64,000 bases of DNA. It comes from the human T2T-CHM13v2.0 reference genome, Homo sapiens. The notes beneath the pieces are model-generated. The model did not search any database. It saw only the letters and a list, made by a program, of their open reading frames with translations, and was not told the DNA's origin. Location of the stretch: NCBI RefSeq assembly GCF_009914755.1, contig NC_060945.1; one strand, written 5' to 3'. Positions 41,103 through 55,039 of the stretch are shown piece by piece. Numbering within the stretch: the stretch's first letter is position 1; the number at the start of each line of letters is the position of its first letter. The position numbers were made by a program, and so were the translations under genes.

Positions 41103-43332
41103 TGTATTAGTCTGTTCTCATGCCACTAAGAAAGACATACCTGAGACTGCATAATTTATAAAGGAAAGAGAGGTTTAATGGACTTACAGTTCCACATGGC
41201 TGGGGAGGCCTCACAATCATGGTGGAAGAAGGAGGGGTAAAGGTACATCTTACATGGTAGCAGGCAAAATAGTGTGCGCAGGGGAACTGCCCTTTATAAA
41301 ACCATTGGATCCCATGAGACTTATTTACTATCATGAGAACAGCAAGAGAAAGTTCTGCCCTCATGATTCATTTACCTCCCACTGGGCCCCTCCCATGACA
41401 GGTGGGGATTATGGTTGCTACAATTCAAGATGAGATTTGGGTGAGGACACAGACAAACCATATTATTTTGCCCTTGGCACCTTCAAAATCTTATGTCCTC
41501 ACATTTCAAAACCAACCATGCCTTCCCAACAGTCCTCCCAAATCTTAACTCATTTCAGCATTTCAAAAGTCCACAGTCTAAAGTCTCATCTGAGACAAGG
41601 CAAGTCCCTTCCACCTATGAGCCTGTAAAATCGAAAGCAAGTTAGTTACTTCCTAGTTACAATGTGGGTACAGGCATTGGGTAAATGCAGCCATTCCAAA
41701 TGGGAGAAATTGGCCAAAACAAAGGGGCTACAGGCCCCATGAATGTCTGAAATCCAGTGGGCCATCAAATCTTAAAGCTCCAAAATGATCTCCTTTGACT
41801 CCATGGCTCATAACTAGGTCACGCTGATGTAAGAGATGGGTTCCTATGGTCTTTGGCAGCTCCACCCCTGTTGCTTTACAGAGTACAGCCTCCCTCCCAG
41901 CTGCTTTCTTGAGTGTTTGAGGCTTTTCCAGGTGCACAATGCAAGCTGTCAGTCAATCTACTATTCTGGGGTCTGGAGGATGGTGGGCTTTTTCTCACAG
42001 TTCTACTAGGTAGTGCCCACATAGGGACTCTGTGTGGGGACTCCCGTTCCACATTTCCCTTCCATGCTGCCCTAGCAGAGGTTCTCCATGAGGGCTCTGC
42101 CCCTGTGGTGCACTTCTGCCTAGGCATCCAGGTGTTTCCATACATCCTCTGAAATCTAGGTGGAGATTCCCAAACCTCAATTCTTGATTTCTGTGTATGT
42201 GCAGGCCCAACACCATGTGTAAAATGTCAAGACTTGGGGCTTGCATCCTCTGAAGCAATGGCCTGAGCTGTGCGTCGTTGGCCTCTTTTAGCCATGGCTG
42301 GGATGTAGGGCACCAAGTCCCAGGCATGTACACAGCAAGGCAGGCCCTGAGTCCAGCCCATGAAACCATTTTTTGCTCCTAGGTCTCCAGGCCTGTGATG
42401 GTAGAAGCTGCTATGAAGACCTCTGACATGCGCTGGAGGCATTTTCCCTATTGTCTTGGCAATTAACATTTGGGTCCTTATTACTTATGCAAATTTCTAC
42501 AGCAGGCTTGAATTTGTCCCCAGAATTTCTTTTTTTTTGTATTTCATTGTCAGCCTGCAAATTTTCCAAACATTTATGTACTGCTTCCTCTTGAACTCTT
42601 CACCGGTTAGAAATTTCTTTTACTAGATACCCTAAATCATCTCTCTCAAGTTCAAAGTTCCACATATCTCTAGGGCAGGGACAAAATCCTGCCAGTCTCT
42701 TTGCATAGCTATAGTGACCTTTACTCCCATTCTCAACAAGTTCCTCATCTGCATCTGAGACCACCTCAGCCTGGACTTTATTGTCCATATCAATATTAGT
42801 ATTTTGGTCAAAGCCATTCAAGAAGTCTCCAGGAAGTTTCAAATGTTCCCATATCTTCCTATCTTCTTCTGAGCTCTCCACACTGTTCCAACTTTGACTA
42901 TTACCCAGTTCCAAAATCACTTCCACATTTTGGTATCTTTACAGCAGCCCTCCACCACCTGGTACCAATTTATTGTATTTGTCCTCATGCTACTAATAAA
43001 GACATACCCGAGATTGGGTAGTTTATAAAGAAAAGAGAGGTTTAGTGGACTCAGAGTTCCACGTGGCTGGGGAGGCCTCACAATCATGGCAGAATGAGAA
43101 GGAGGAGCAAAGACACATCTTACATGGTGGTAGGCAAGAGAGCGTGTGTAGGGGAAATGCCCTTTATAAAACCATTAGGTCTCATGAGACTTATTCACTA
43201 TCACAAAAACAGCATGGGAAAAACCCATCCCCATGATTCAATTACCTCCCATTGGCTTCCCATGACAGGTGGGGATTATGGGAGCTACAATTCAAGATGA
43301 GATTTGGGTAGAGACAAAGCCAAACCATATCA
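41103..43332 (-). mobile_element. Near full-length THE1D MaLR (LTR-int-LTR)
   Basis: LTRs 41103-41465 and 42974-43332; TSD gatat/gatac; ~1.5-kb internal region. Confidence 0.93.
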
Positions 43333-43605
43333 GATACCTTCAGTGAACTTACTCTGTGTTAGAGAAAACTAGAATTCATACTAAGGCTTTTTGTTTGCAA
43401 CCATGCATTTAAAAGTATAAATCGTAAATTTATGTCTTATTTGTATTTATTAATTTGTGTGTATGTGTGTTTGTATGTGTTTATGTGTGTATATATATAT
43501 ATATAAATCATATATATATTCCATAGCATTTATCACTATGTGAGGTGAAAATATACATTTTTATTTTCTCATGTTCTCTTTCTCTAATTCAACATCCATC
43601 ACCTA

Positions 43606-43832
43606 GATTAATGATTTGTAATTTTTTTTTCTGTAAAGGGCCTAAAAGTAAATGTTTTAGGCCTTGTAGGACATATTGTCTCTGTAGCATCTTCTCAGCT
43701 TTGCCATTGTATCTATCATGAAAGTAAATACAGACAATGAGTAAGCAAGTGAGCATGGCTGTGATCCAACTGTACTTACAAAAACAACTGGTGGGCAGAT
43801 TTTCCCTCTCAAACCATAGTTTGTCAACTTTG
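43606..43832 (+). mobile_element. MER58A (hAT-Charlie)
   Basis: ttttctgtaaagggcc...tttaggccttgtagg...gagcatggctgtgatccaa...ccatagtttgtcaac. Confidence 0.85.
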
Positions 43833-43917
43833 ACCTGGAACATTTAACAGAATATAGTAGACATCTAGTAAATACATGCTAAATGAGAGTTCAAAACTTT
43901 AAAAAGTTAACTTAAAA

Positions 43918-44178
<261 letters not shown>

Positions 44179-44284
44179 TTATATTCAGTGATTCCTTTGG
44201 CATTAATATAAATATGCCATTTTTATATAATGGAATCATTTAATATAATGGAACAATTTTATCCTTAGTTTGTCAACATAGTTA

Positions 44285-44286
<2 letters not shown>

Positions 44287-44328
<42 letters not shown>
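44287..44328. repeat. (TG)n microsatellite
   Basis: ~21 perfect TG units. Confidence 0.98.
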
Positions 44329-44331
<3 letters not shown>

Positions 44332-46378
44332 CATATTGGATCCCCTTTTAATTATAAATTGTACTTGTCTGCTCTATATTGCTCTTTCATAATACTGATA
44401 AATTTAACTTATTAAATATTAGTTTAGGACGTTGGCATCTATATTCACAAATGAGATCATAACAGTTTCAATTGTTGTGATGAGCTTATTAGTTACTTTG
44501 TATTTTTTTTATACCTACTGCTTACCAACTCTCGTGGAATTCATGGATAATTAAGTTCACATTGTTTAAATTGACTAAATACCAATCTAGACAACCCATA
44601 TTTTCAACATTTGTTTTGGATATTTTTAATGTGGCTAAAATCAGAAGTAAATATGTCATTGGAAATATTCAAAAATCAAATGTGATTTTATTTCAAGGCA
44701 AAAAATTAACATACATTTGAGAACCCACTATGTGGGAGATATTCAGAAAAGCATTGAGTATAGATAGAACTAAGACACAGTTTCTATCTCCAAGGAGCTC
44801 AAAGCCTAATAGAATTCAGAATCAAGCAGAAGATTGTAGAGAGGCAGAGTTTGTGTTACATACATCTGAAGAGTGGAGCTCTATCAGTCTCATACAATTC
44901 ACTTCTCTAGAATGAAATATTTCTCATTTCCAAACTTATTATTGCCTCATGTACAAACTCACATCTTTTATTATTATTATTGTTTAATCATCTTCAAGAT
45001 ACATATTAAACATGGAAACTGCACATCTTAATTTTAAGGAATTTCTAAGGAAATGTCTATCCTAATAAATAATATGTATATTTTCTTCTTTGTTAAATGA
45101 ATTAATTAAATATAAAATACAATAACCAAATGTCAGCTACCCAATCTTTCTGTAGCCTTTTAGCTTGTTTCATCAATTTGTCAGATACATGGTTTTGATT
45201 TGGGACTCAGAAAAATCAGTCATTGATGCATTAACATGAGCAACAGGGAGTAAAAGGTGTCCAACTCCTAAGCCTCCGGGACTTTTGTAAACAGAGCTCA
45301 GACTACATAACTAGCTCAAATGTGAGAGCTGAGATCCATTAAATTCCATGTATTTAGGTACAGATCAATAGCTCTGCTAAAATATTCCCATGATTTAAGG
45401 ATTATTTTTATAGTACAGCAACTCCCATATCTTTTTCTGTAAATATGCCAAAAAATAAAATTTAAAGAAGGGGACAAAGCTGAATATTTATAAATGTTTC
45501 TTGAGTTAGTTAAAAATTATTCAACATTCTATTTTATTGCTTATAGTTAAAATATAGCCTACCACGAAAGCCATAGCCAGCACAATTAGACTTCTGAATT
45601 AAAGGCAAAAATGAGACGTTTTGACAGCTATGGAACATTGCATTTCACGGGACTCATGCACAGCTAGGTAGCACAGGTGTTCCCGTAATTGCAGTACAAT
45701 GGAAAAATTCAGTGTTCAATGGCCTTCAAATTCTTCACTGTTGTGTGTGATGTGATATAAAGATCCTCTGTCAGTGCTGTCTCCTTTCTCTGTGATGGGA
45801 TGTCATTATGTGCAATGTAACTGAAAATATTTTAGAGTTCTGGCTCTTCAGAATCTAGATGAAAACTAAATATTTGGTTTCTTTCTCATATACCTATAGT
45901 TTCTGCGGGTCTGCCTCTGTGATTTTACAAATATAGAAAAACATTTTTCAAGCCTTTGTTGACAGGAGTTTACATTGTGAGTGATACCTTCCTTTTCTCT
46001 CATTAGGATGCTGCACCCAAACTCTGCTATTTCTCAACCAGCTGCAATAATTATCTTTAACAATGTGCTGTATAATATGAAAAGAATTGGGGTGATTTTT
46101 TTTCCATTTTACTCACTAGAGTTTTTGCCAATTTCAAGTGTGAATTCCTTAAACATCCTCTCGGTAAACAAGGACATAAGGAGATAGAAGCTTAGGTATG
46201 AAAAATAGGATAGATCACATATACCTTTAAAATCATACCGTATTCAAAGTTTTGAAAGAGAACATTTCATATTAGGATAATTTTTGCTGAAAAAGAAATC
46301 TGAAAGTTTAATTTTCAAAATCACAATGAAATTGACTCAGTGATCATCTTGATGCAGAGCCATTGGCTCTTAATTGAA

Positions 46379-46665
<287 letters not shown>

Positions 46666-47056
46666 GTCAACTGAATCCTTAATAAAGATCTTTCTGTCTT
46701 TCGAAGTTTGCTTATAATAATTGGGCATGGCAAACTATTTATTTTTATCACTATTTTCAAGCCTTCTTTTGAGTAATTTCACCTTGATCAAATGGAACAT
46801 ACAGAAGAATTTTAGGCAAGTTTATAAATGGTGATTATTAGACATAGAAGATGATATTTCCTTTTTGGATTGTGCATTGACCTTGATTTATATAAGTGAC
46901 ATTAACCTGATTTGATCAAGAGTATCTGCTTTTTGGTTTACAGGCTGATCTCATGGCTCATGGGATTTGATTGACAAGAATGAAATCTTCAGGAAAATTA
47001 TACCCGAGCTGAAAATGCCCATGTGATTATTTGCATTGAGCAAATCTCTATCAAGG

Positions 47057-47370
47057 GGCCAGGTACAATGGCTCTTGCCTGTAATCTCAGCACTTTGGAT
47101 GGCTAATTTGCGAAGATTGCCTGAGCCCAGGAGTTCAAGACCGGGCAATATAAAAAGACCCCATCTCTACAAAAATAAAAATTTTTAAAAAGCATCCAGG
47201 TATAGTGACATGAACCTGTCACCAGCTACTTGGGAGGCTGAGGCCAGGGGATTTCTTGAGCCTAGGAGTTAAAGGCTTCAGTGAGCTATGATTGTACCAC
47301 TACAGTCAAGTCTGAGCATCAGTGAGACCCTGTCTTTAAAGTAAACAAAAAAATAAATAAAAATAAAATA
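47057..47370 (+). mobile_element. AluJ
   Basis: Diverged dimer; flanking aaatctct repeat. Confidence 0.9.
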
Positions 47371-48248
47371 AGGAAATCTCTGCCAATCAAATGACATGCT
47401 CGTGTCTCTTGACTAATAGATTATCTACTTGTGGGGCTATCAAAGGTAAATTGCAATGAGAACATTGCTTGATGAGCATGGAAATAGAAGAGCAAGAATT
47501 AGGTGGATGGTCTGCATGCTAATATGCCATATGCAGTTATGTATAAATAGATATTTTAGTACTTGAATTAGAGTCTTTTTCTCTTAGTCATGGTGGATAT
47601 CTATGTACCAGTACTGCATTGTTTGATCCTATTTTTAAGACTAGTGTCACAGTTTTTCTTGAGAAAGTGAATAGTATGTCTCATTCAATACAATACCATA
47701 AATAACATTTTTGTTTATTTTTAAGTACTTACTGTTAATTATTCTAACATTTAAGTGCATACTTCATTTCAGCTTGAAATTTTCCTCTTATTAGGCTTTT
47801 CGCGAGAATAATAAATATGGGACAAACACACAAATTTTGCATACTCATTAATAGGTTGACAGATATCTTGAAGTTAATTAATGTACTACTAGTTAAGAGT
47901 AAGTTCTTAAGGCTTGCTTACTTTCAGGACCAGAACATAATTTGATTTTGTTGTTGTTCCTATTAAATTCAGAATCTTTTAGAGATTTCAAGATACTAAG
48001 CAGAGCGGTGGGACTAGGCATTTTAAATACATTATTCCACACCAAATTCAGTGTCAGGCCACACCTAGATCTCATTTTAGGGCAGATAACATCCTTAAAC
48101 TACAAAGATGGCTTTGCTTATGGTGAGGATGAGAACGAACAACAGACGGTTTCATTAGAGACACCAAAGAAGCAAGGGAAGTATATGACCAATAATTTCT
48201 GCTTTGAGTATAGTAAGAAAAGGACAAAAAATAGTCTTGTCCTTGGCG

Positions 48249-48697
48249 TATAAAGAGTTGAACAAACACTAACACAGTTTCTAACCACTCAAGCCCAAGT
48301 CCCTAATGTAACTCTAACCCTCTTATAGTGCCTGCTTGAGAAAATTTAAGGCTGTCCCCCAAGGTTACTGTTTGTTCCAGCCAACACCTATGAACATGGT
48401 TTCTATCTCCCAGTCTGCATGGAATACTAGAATCCTAACTTTGATAATTGCCACGTGACAGACACAGCTAGCCTAACACATTTGCACTGACTAATGCTTT
48501 CGCTTCCCTAACTATTGAGCCCCTTGTTTTCCCTCCCTATCCTCCTCAATCTCTCTTTAAAATGCCCAGTTACTTCTGCAAAGTTGAAGTTGATTTCAGT
48601 TCATGCAACAGTCTTTTTTTTTTTGAGATAGTATATAGCTGAATAAAAATCCGTCCTTACCACTTTAACCAGTTTTTGGCTTTGTTTTTATTTGACA
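48249..48697 (+). mobile_element. MER31-like ERV1 solo LTR
   Basis: gtttactgtttgttccagccaacacct; AATAAA then ccttaccactttaac...tttgaca terminus. Confidence 0.75.
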
Positions 48698-50173
48698 CTG
48701 GCAATCTGCTCACGTCTAGAAGGCTTAGATATAGCAAAATAAATTTTCTTTTCAAAGGTTGTTAGGCTAAGAGCAGTTTTCTTATATATTCACAGGCCTT
48801 TTATAACCAATCAGAAAGTCATCCCAACAGGTAAAAGCAATTCTTATTTGACAAATGTGGAAGGTTCTTTAATCCTTTTTACTCTTCCAATATCAAGGTT
48901 AGGTAGAAGGAAAACCATGCATTCTCCACCTGTCCTCCTTCATGCCCCTGTGAGCTCTTACCTGAAGAGAGAAAGTCTTATCCAGTTTGGTCAGAGGGGT
49001 GGCCCCAAATCCCAGGTCTATGCGACTCCTTAGCTAGAAGCTGAGTTGCCTAAGATGTGAATTGCCAACCGTGCACATGCCTTCTGGGGTCCTGGAGAAC
49101 CCTGGGACCTCAGCTGTGTAAGGGCAGCTGTCATTCCTCTTGTCCAATGGCGGCATGGCCAGAAGACTAGCAGAGGCCCAACTTGCCTAGTGGTGCTGGA
49201 CTCCATGAGGCCACAGTCATGGCAGTCACCATCAGTAGGGTGGGTGTATGGGTGTGGGGTTGGGGGTAGCAGGTGTGTGGTTGTTATCCCTGCCTCTGTC
49301 CTTGGACCAGGTGGCAAGTGTTCCAGGCCCACTCAGGAGGGAGTCATGTCCTGCCCCATATCCCATCTCTCCGGCTTACTGGGCCCTTGCAGAAGGTCCA
49401 GCTCATCTCTCTCTCTCATGTCCTCCTGCTCTCACTGCACGCTCCGTCTTTATTAAATTGTCAGTTCTCTCTGCTACCTAGATGGCTGGTTACATCTTCT
49501 TCTATTATTGATTTTTGTATTGATATACTCTTTGCATATGATATAATTCACCCTTTTAAAATGTATCATCCAGTGGTTTTCGGTATAGTCACAACATTAT
49601 GCAATCATCACTACTAATTCCACAATATTTTTATCACGTTCAAAAAGAATTCTGTACTGATTAATTTTCACTCCTTATTTCCCACTGTTTCCAGCCTCTT
49701 ACAAACACTTACCTACTTTCTTAATGGATTTTATTCTGAACATTTAGAATAAATGGCTCATACAAGAAGTAGTGTTTTGGGTCTGGCTTATTTCACTTGG
49801 CATAACGTTTCCAATGTTCATCTATGTTGTGGCATGTACCAGTACTTCATTCTATTTTGTGGCTGAGTAATATTCCATTGTATGCTTATACTATATTTTA
49901 TTCATTCATTCCTCAATAGATGAATATTTATGTTAGGTCCATTTTTTTCCATTATGAATCATGCTCCTGTGAACATTTGTGTACAAGTTTTGTGTGGGAA
50001 TATGTTTTTCCTGGTACATAAACTAGGTATGGAATTACTGAGTCATAGGGTAACTCCATGTTTAACTTTCTGAGGAACTCTGCAACTATTTTCCATAGTA
50101 GTTGCACCATTTTACTTTTCATTTTATGAGTATTTTTATTTGTTCACAGTCATACAGACACTTTTTGTTGTCC

Positions 50174-50463
50174 TTTTTTTTTTTTTTTTTTTTTTTGGTG
50201 TGGAGTTGTCTCTGTCACCCAGGCAGGAGTGCACTGGCGTGATCTTGGCTCACTGCACGCTCTGCCTCCCAGGTTCACGCCATTCTCCTGCCTCAGCCTC
50301 CTGAGGTGCCCGCCACCATGCCCGGCTAATTTTTTTGTATTTTTAGTAGAGACGGGGTTTCATTGTGTTAGCCAGGATGGTCTCGATCTCCTGACCTCAT
50401 GATCTGCCCGCTTCGGCCTCCCAAAGTGCTGGGATTACAGGCGTGAGCCACCATGCCGGGCCC
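50174..50463 (-). mobile_element. AluY-like
   Basis: Alu dimer with internal deletion. Confidence 0.93.
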
Positions 50464-51116
50464 ATTTTTTCTTAATTACATCTATCCTAATGGGTGTGAA
50501 AGAGTGTCTGCTAGTAGTTTTGATTTGCATTTCCTTAATGACAAATAATCCTGAGAATCTTTTCATTTGCTTATAGGTCACATGGATATTTTCCTTACAG
50601 AAATTTCTTTTCAAGTTCATTCCTTATTTCTCAGTGATAGGATTTGAATAAACACCTTTCCAAAAAAGTATACAGATGATGAATAAGCACAAGAATGATG
50701 CTCAAGATCACTACACATTAAATATCTAGAAACACATAAAGAACTCTTACAACTCAACAATAAAATAAGTAATTAGGTTATTTGTCTTTTTGTTGTTATG
50801 TTGTAAGAGCTCATATATATTCTGAATAGGAGACTCTCATTAGATATATGATTTGCGATTATATTATATAAGTTATAGGTTGTCTTTCCAGTTTTTTGAT
50901 AGTGTTCTTTGAAGCACAAAATGTTTTAATTTTGAAGTAAAATTTATGTATTTTTTCTTTTGTCATTTGTGCTTTTGGTGTCATATCTAAGAAACAATTG
51001 CTTAATCCAGTGACACAAAGGTTTACACCTATTTTTTGAGTTTTATAATTTTATGTATCATATTTACTTCATTGATTTATTTTGATTCACCTTGTTATAT
51101 GGTGTGAGGTAAACAT

Positions 51117-51738
51117 TGTGATAATGCATTTTATATGTTAACTTTACTGGATAAAGGAATACCCAGATAGCTGGTAATATATTCCTTCTGGGTGTGTCTG
51201 TGAGAATGTTTCTGAAAGAGGTTAGGATTTGAATCAGTAGACTGTTGTGATGGTTAATCTTGAGTATCAACTTGATTGGATTGAAGGATGCAAAGTATGG
51301 TTCCTGGGTGTGTCTGTGAGGGTGTTGCCAAAGGAGATTACCATTTGAGTTAGTGGACTGGGAGAAGCAGACTCACCCTCAGTCTGGGTGGGCACCATCT
51401 AATCAGCTGCCAGAATGCATAGAATAAAGCAGACAGAAAAATGTGAAAAGACTTGACTTGCTTCTGGAGTTTATCTTTCTCTCATGCTGGATGCTTCCTG
51501 CCCTCAAACATCAGACTCCAAGTTCTTCAGCTTTTGAAGCTCAAAAGAGTCTCAGACTTAGACCAGTGGTTTGCCAGAGGTTCCTGGGCCTTTGGCCACA
51601 CACTAAAGGCTGCACTCTCAGCCTCCCTACTTTTGAGGTTTTGGAACGCAGACTGGCTTCCTTGCTCCTCAGCTTGCAGATGGCCTATTGTGGGAGTTCA
51701 GCTTGTGATCGTGAGTCAATACTCCTTAATAAGCTCCC

Positions 51739-51806
<68 letters not shown>

Positions 51807-52159
51807 TACTAGTTATCTTTCTCTTGAGAACCCTGACTACTAAAACTGTGTAAAGAAAAGATCTGCCATCATCTGTGTGGACATGCATGCATCATCCCAC
51901 CCAGGTAGAACAAAAAGGCAGAGGAAGGGCAAATTCAGTCTCTCTCTTCTTGAACGGAGACATCATCTCCTCTTGTTCTCAGACATCAGAGATCCTGGCT
52001 CTCGGGCCTCCAGACTCAGGCTGAGTTACATCAATAGCATTTCTTCTGCTTACTGATGGCATGTGGTGGGACTTCTCAGCCTCCATAATCACATGAACAA
52101 ATTCCCATAATAAATCCCCTCTTCTGTATCTATATGTATCCTACTGATTCCGTCTCTCT
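51117..52159 (+). mobile_element. MLT2B-like (HERV-L lineage) LTR, split by MLT2A
   Basis: tgtgataatg...cccagatagctggtaa...gaatcagtagactg / taaagaaaagatctgcc...gaaccttgactaatgca. Confidence 0.85.
51246..51844 (+). mobile_element. MLT2A1/A2 solo LTR
   Basis: tgtgatggttaatcttgagtatcaacttgattggattgaaggatgcaaagta start; perfect 5-bp TSD ACTGT (51241-51245, 51845-51849); (TA)n at 51743-51803. Confidence 0.92.
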
Positions 52160-53319
52160 GAAGAACCTTGACTAATGCAGAGGTCTAACTTCATTCTTTT
52201 GCATGGAGGTATTTGACACTCCAGTACTATTAGTTAAGAAAAATATTATTCTTATACTGTAATGTCTTGACATGGGTCAAAATAAATTGAGCAAGAATGT
52301 ATTGATTTATTTCTGGAAACTCAAATCATATGATCTAACATGTGTATCCTTATGCTAGTAGCATACAGTCTTGATTATAATAGCTATATAGCTCTCCAAT
52401 ATAAATGATAAGATAGTTGTTTTCATGAGTTGGAAGACTTAAGATTGTTAAAATGGCAATACTTTCCAAGTTGGTCTACAGATTGAATGTCATTTCTATT
52501 AATCCCTTTGTCATTTTATTCACTATATATTTTTGAAGACTTGCTTTAGTGGTCACTCTGGGAATTGCAATTACCATCTTAACATATTTTTTGTCACTGT
52601 TGCTTAAAACTAAACATTTTAAATAACTTAATGTGGTAATGACTGGAATCAGATGCTTCTCCCCACACCGCAGCATTTGTTGCTATTGCTATTTGTTGTT
52701 GGGTTGTTGTTGTTGTTGTTTTGTGTAGTAACTTTTCTGAACTAATTATGTATAAGTCTGTTTGTTGTTTGTGGCCACTGAAAGTTCTGCTCAGTTAACT
52801 TAGCTTCTACTTAGTTAGCTTAGTGGTCATCTAATGATTAGCTAGAGATTTCCTAAGATGTGTAAGGAACCAATAAACCTCCCAGTTTTTGCTGTCAGGT
52901 TCTTTGTGCATGTTGAGACATGCCTCAACACTCAGTCATGTAGTTTACATCTTTGCCTTTTCCTTTGCTTCTTGCTTTTACAGAACTTCAAGATTAGCCA
53001 AAGGCAAGAGGACCGTCTAAGGTCTTTCATCCTTGGACACATGCACAGTCCTGTGTATCCAGATGCCATTCAAAATTCTCAAAATGTATTGGAGATTTTC
53101 AAACTTCTTATGAACATCTTATTTCTACCTTTTATTTTTAAGCTTTTTGGTTAGCATATATTTTGTCCTTACTGTTATACACTGTCATCAACAGCTATGA
53201 TATTAAATGATTGGGTCTGTGTATTTTCAAAAGATTCATTCTGGAAACAACTGTTTACACCAGTCAAGCTTTGAGTCATGTCAAATAAAGGTAGCTTTGT
53301 GGATGTGGTCTAATGAGGA

Positions 53320-53741
53320 TGTTCCATGGTGAGTGAGCAGGTAAATGAAAGCCTATGCCCAAAAGCTGAGGGAACTGAGAGGTTGAAGAAAGAGACTGAC
53401 AAATCCTATATCTGTGAAAAAGCTCTTAATAGCGACTTACAAACAGAAACAATATCTCTGGTGGCCAACAGATAGTGGATCTCTGCGCAACACCCTCCAG
53501 AGATTATCCTTTATGAAGCAAGTGTTTTTGGTAAAATGCATGCAACCGGTTATGTCTCATACTTTCTTATGAAGCCATAACCACAGAGCAGGTTACACAA
53601 GCAACTTTATAAGAGGTTGTCTATGCTATAGACATTGTTTCTTTATGAGGGGCTATTGATGCTACAGAAACACATCTTTTTTCACAGTGATTTTGCTTCC
53701 AGATGGCATCATTCTTGCCATGACACAAGCTGTTTTCCTAC
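53320..53741 (-). mobile_element. LTR47-like ERVL solo LTR
   Basis: Minus strand starts TGTAGGAAAACAGCTTGTGTCATGGCAAGAATGATGCCATC and ends ...GGAACA. Confidence 0.75.
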
Positions 53742-54299
53742 AAAGAAGCTGCTGGAAAAATAAAATAATGGTAAGAACCTGGGAATGGTAATTCAAGGGA
53801 GTTCCAACTCATTCTACTCTTTCCATTGGCTGCCAGTCTATTGATTTTCACTGTGATTGTGGGTTATTGGTGTTCAAGGCTACCAGGAAGCTGGGAGAAG
53901 AGAACAGGAATTGGAGAAGTTAGGACAAAACAATACAAATCTCTCTTTTCTTACTGAGATGTAGCTACTCTCTTGAATAAACACTCCTGAATTGACGCAA
54001 GTCTTTGCTTAATTTCTAGGACTCCAAAATGTGGATTCTGGGAGTTTTGGCTAGTGTTCTAGTTGCTTTTAAGGAGGAGATAATTTTCACACATTCCACT
54101 TCACCATTTCGCTGATGTCACCCTCCATTTAATTTTAAACCACTTTAATCTTGGGTTTCTAACAATAGGTGCTGAGTCTAATCTTAAACAACAGAAAGAC
54201 AAATGGTAAGAATGAATAATTATATATCCGATTGTGAAAATAAAAAATGCATAATTCATATGAGATCACAGAATGTTATGTAAATTCCTGTGCATGTTT

Positions 54300-54374
54300 T
54301 CTGTCATATATATATATATATCTGATATATATATATATATATATATATCTGATATATATATATATATATATATA

Positions 54375-54418
<44 letters not shown>
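54300..54418. repeat. Compound (AT)n-CTG higher-order repeat plus (AC)n
   Basis: Four (AT)n blocks separated by CTG, then (AC)n. Confidence 0.95.
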
Positions 54419-55039
54419 CTATGATATTAATACTAGAAATTAAAGGTTTAATGCATATGTTAGCTCTCATGATCATTAGTGGAGATGGCTGAAATACTAC
54501 ATTGCTGTCTCTGAGTAGGGTCTGATGTCCCGCGTCTAAGTTTCTTCTCTTGTAGTTTTGCTAGTACCTAGCAGAGTGGAAATTCCAGATTCAATTCAAT
54601 GGTGATGTAAAATTTGGCATTCTTTATTGTGTGTTTGATGATTTTATTTTCTGAATTCAACAACAACAGCAACAAAAGGGGAATCGAATTTTTCTTGTTA
54701 TTCACTGAAAGCTTGTTTTTAAGATGACATACTTGGATATTTAACATTTTCAAATCATTTATTCTAACATATTTGTAAACAGCCACATTAACAAAAACAG
54801 GTGCTACTCTCTTATGATAATATCTGCTTGGGGGGTATATATAAGTGGTCTGTACCATATGTCAGAGGAACCATACAAATCTAGATAGAGTTGCTTTTAT
54901 AAAATATCATCTTTCAAAAATGTCTTATACCCTGGGATAGCATTTATACTGTATAAATCCATATGGATGAAATCTGAGACTCAATTATCTTCCCTTTGGG
55001 ATCATTTCAAACTTCCTACCTAATATTTGTGCCATCATT

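Larger units (their letters stand above)
49510..54125 (-). mobile_element. Fragmented old L1 (L1MB-type 3' end through upstream fragments) hosting Alu, MLT2 and LTR47 insertions
   Basis: 3' end (ataattcacccttttaaaatgta...cagtggttttcggtatagtcacaacattatgcaatcatc), ORF2 fragments, and 5'/ORF1-like sequence at 52700-54125. Confidence 0.75.

Noticed and set aside
51443-54492. ORFs with long IYIY runs
   Set aside because: Translations of (TA)n microsatellites.
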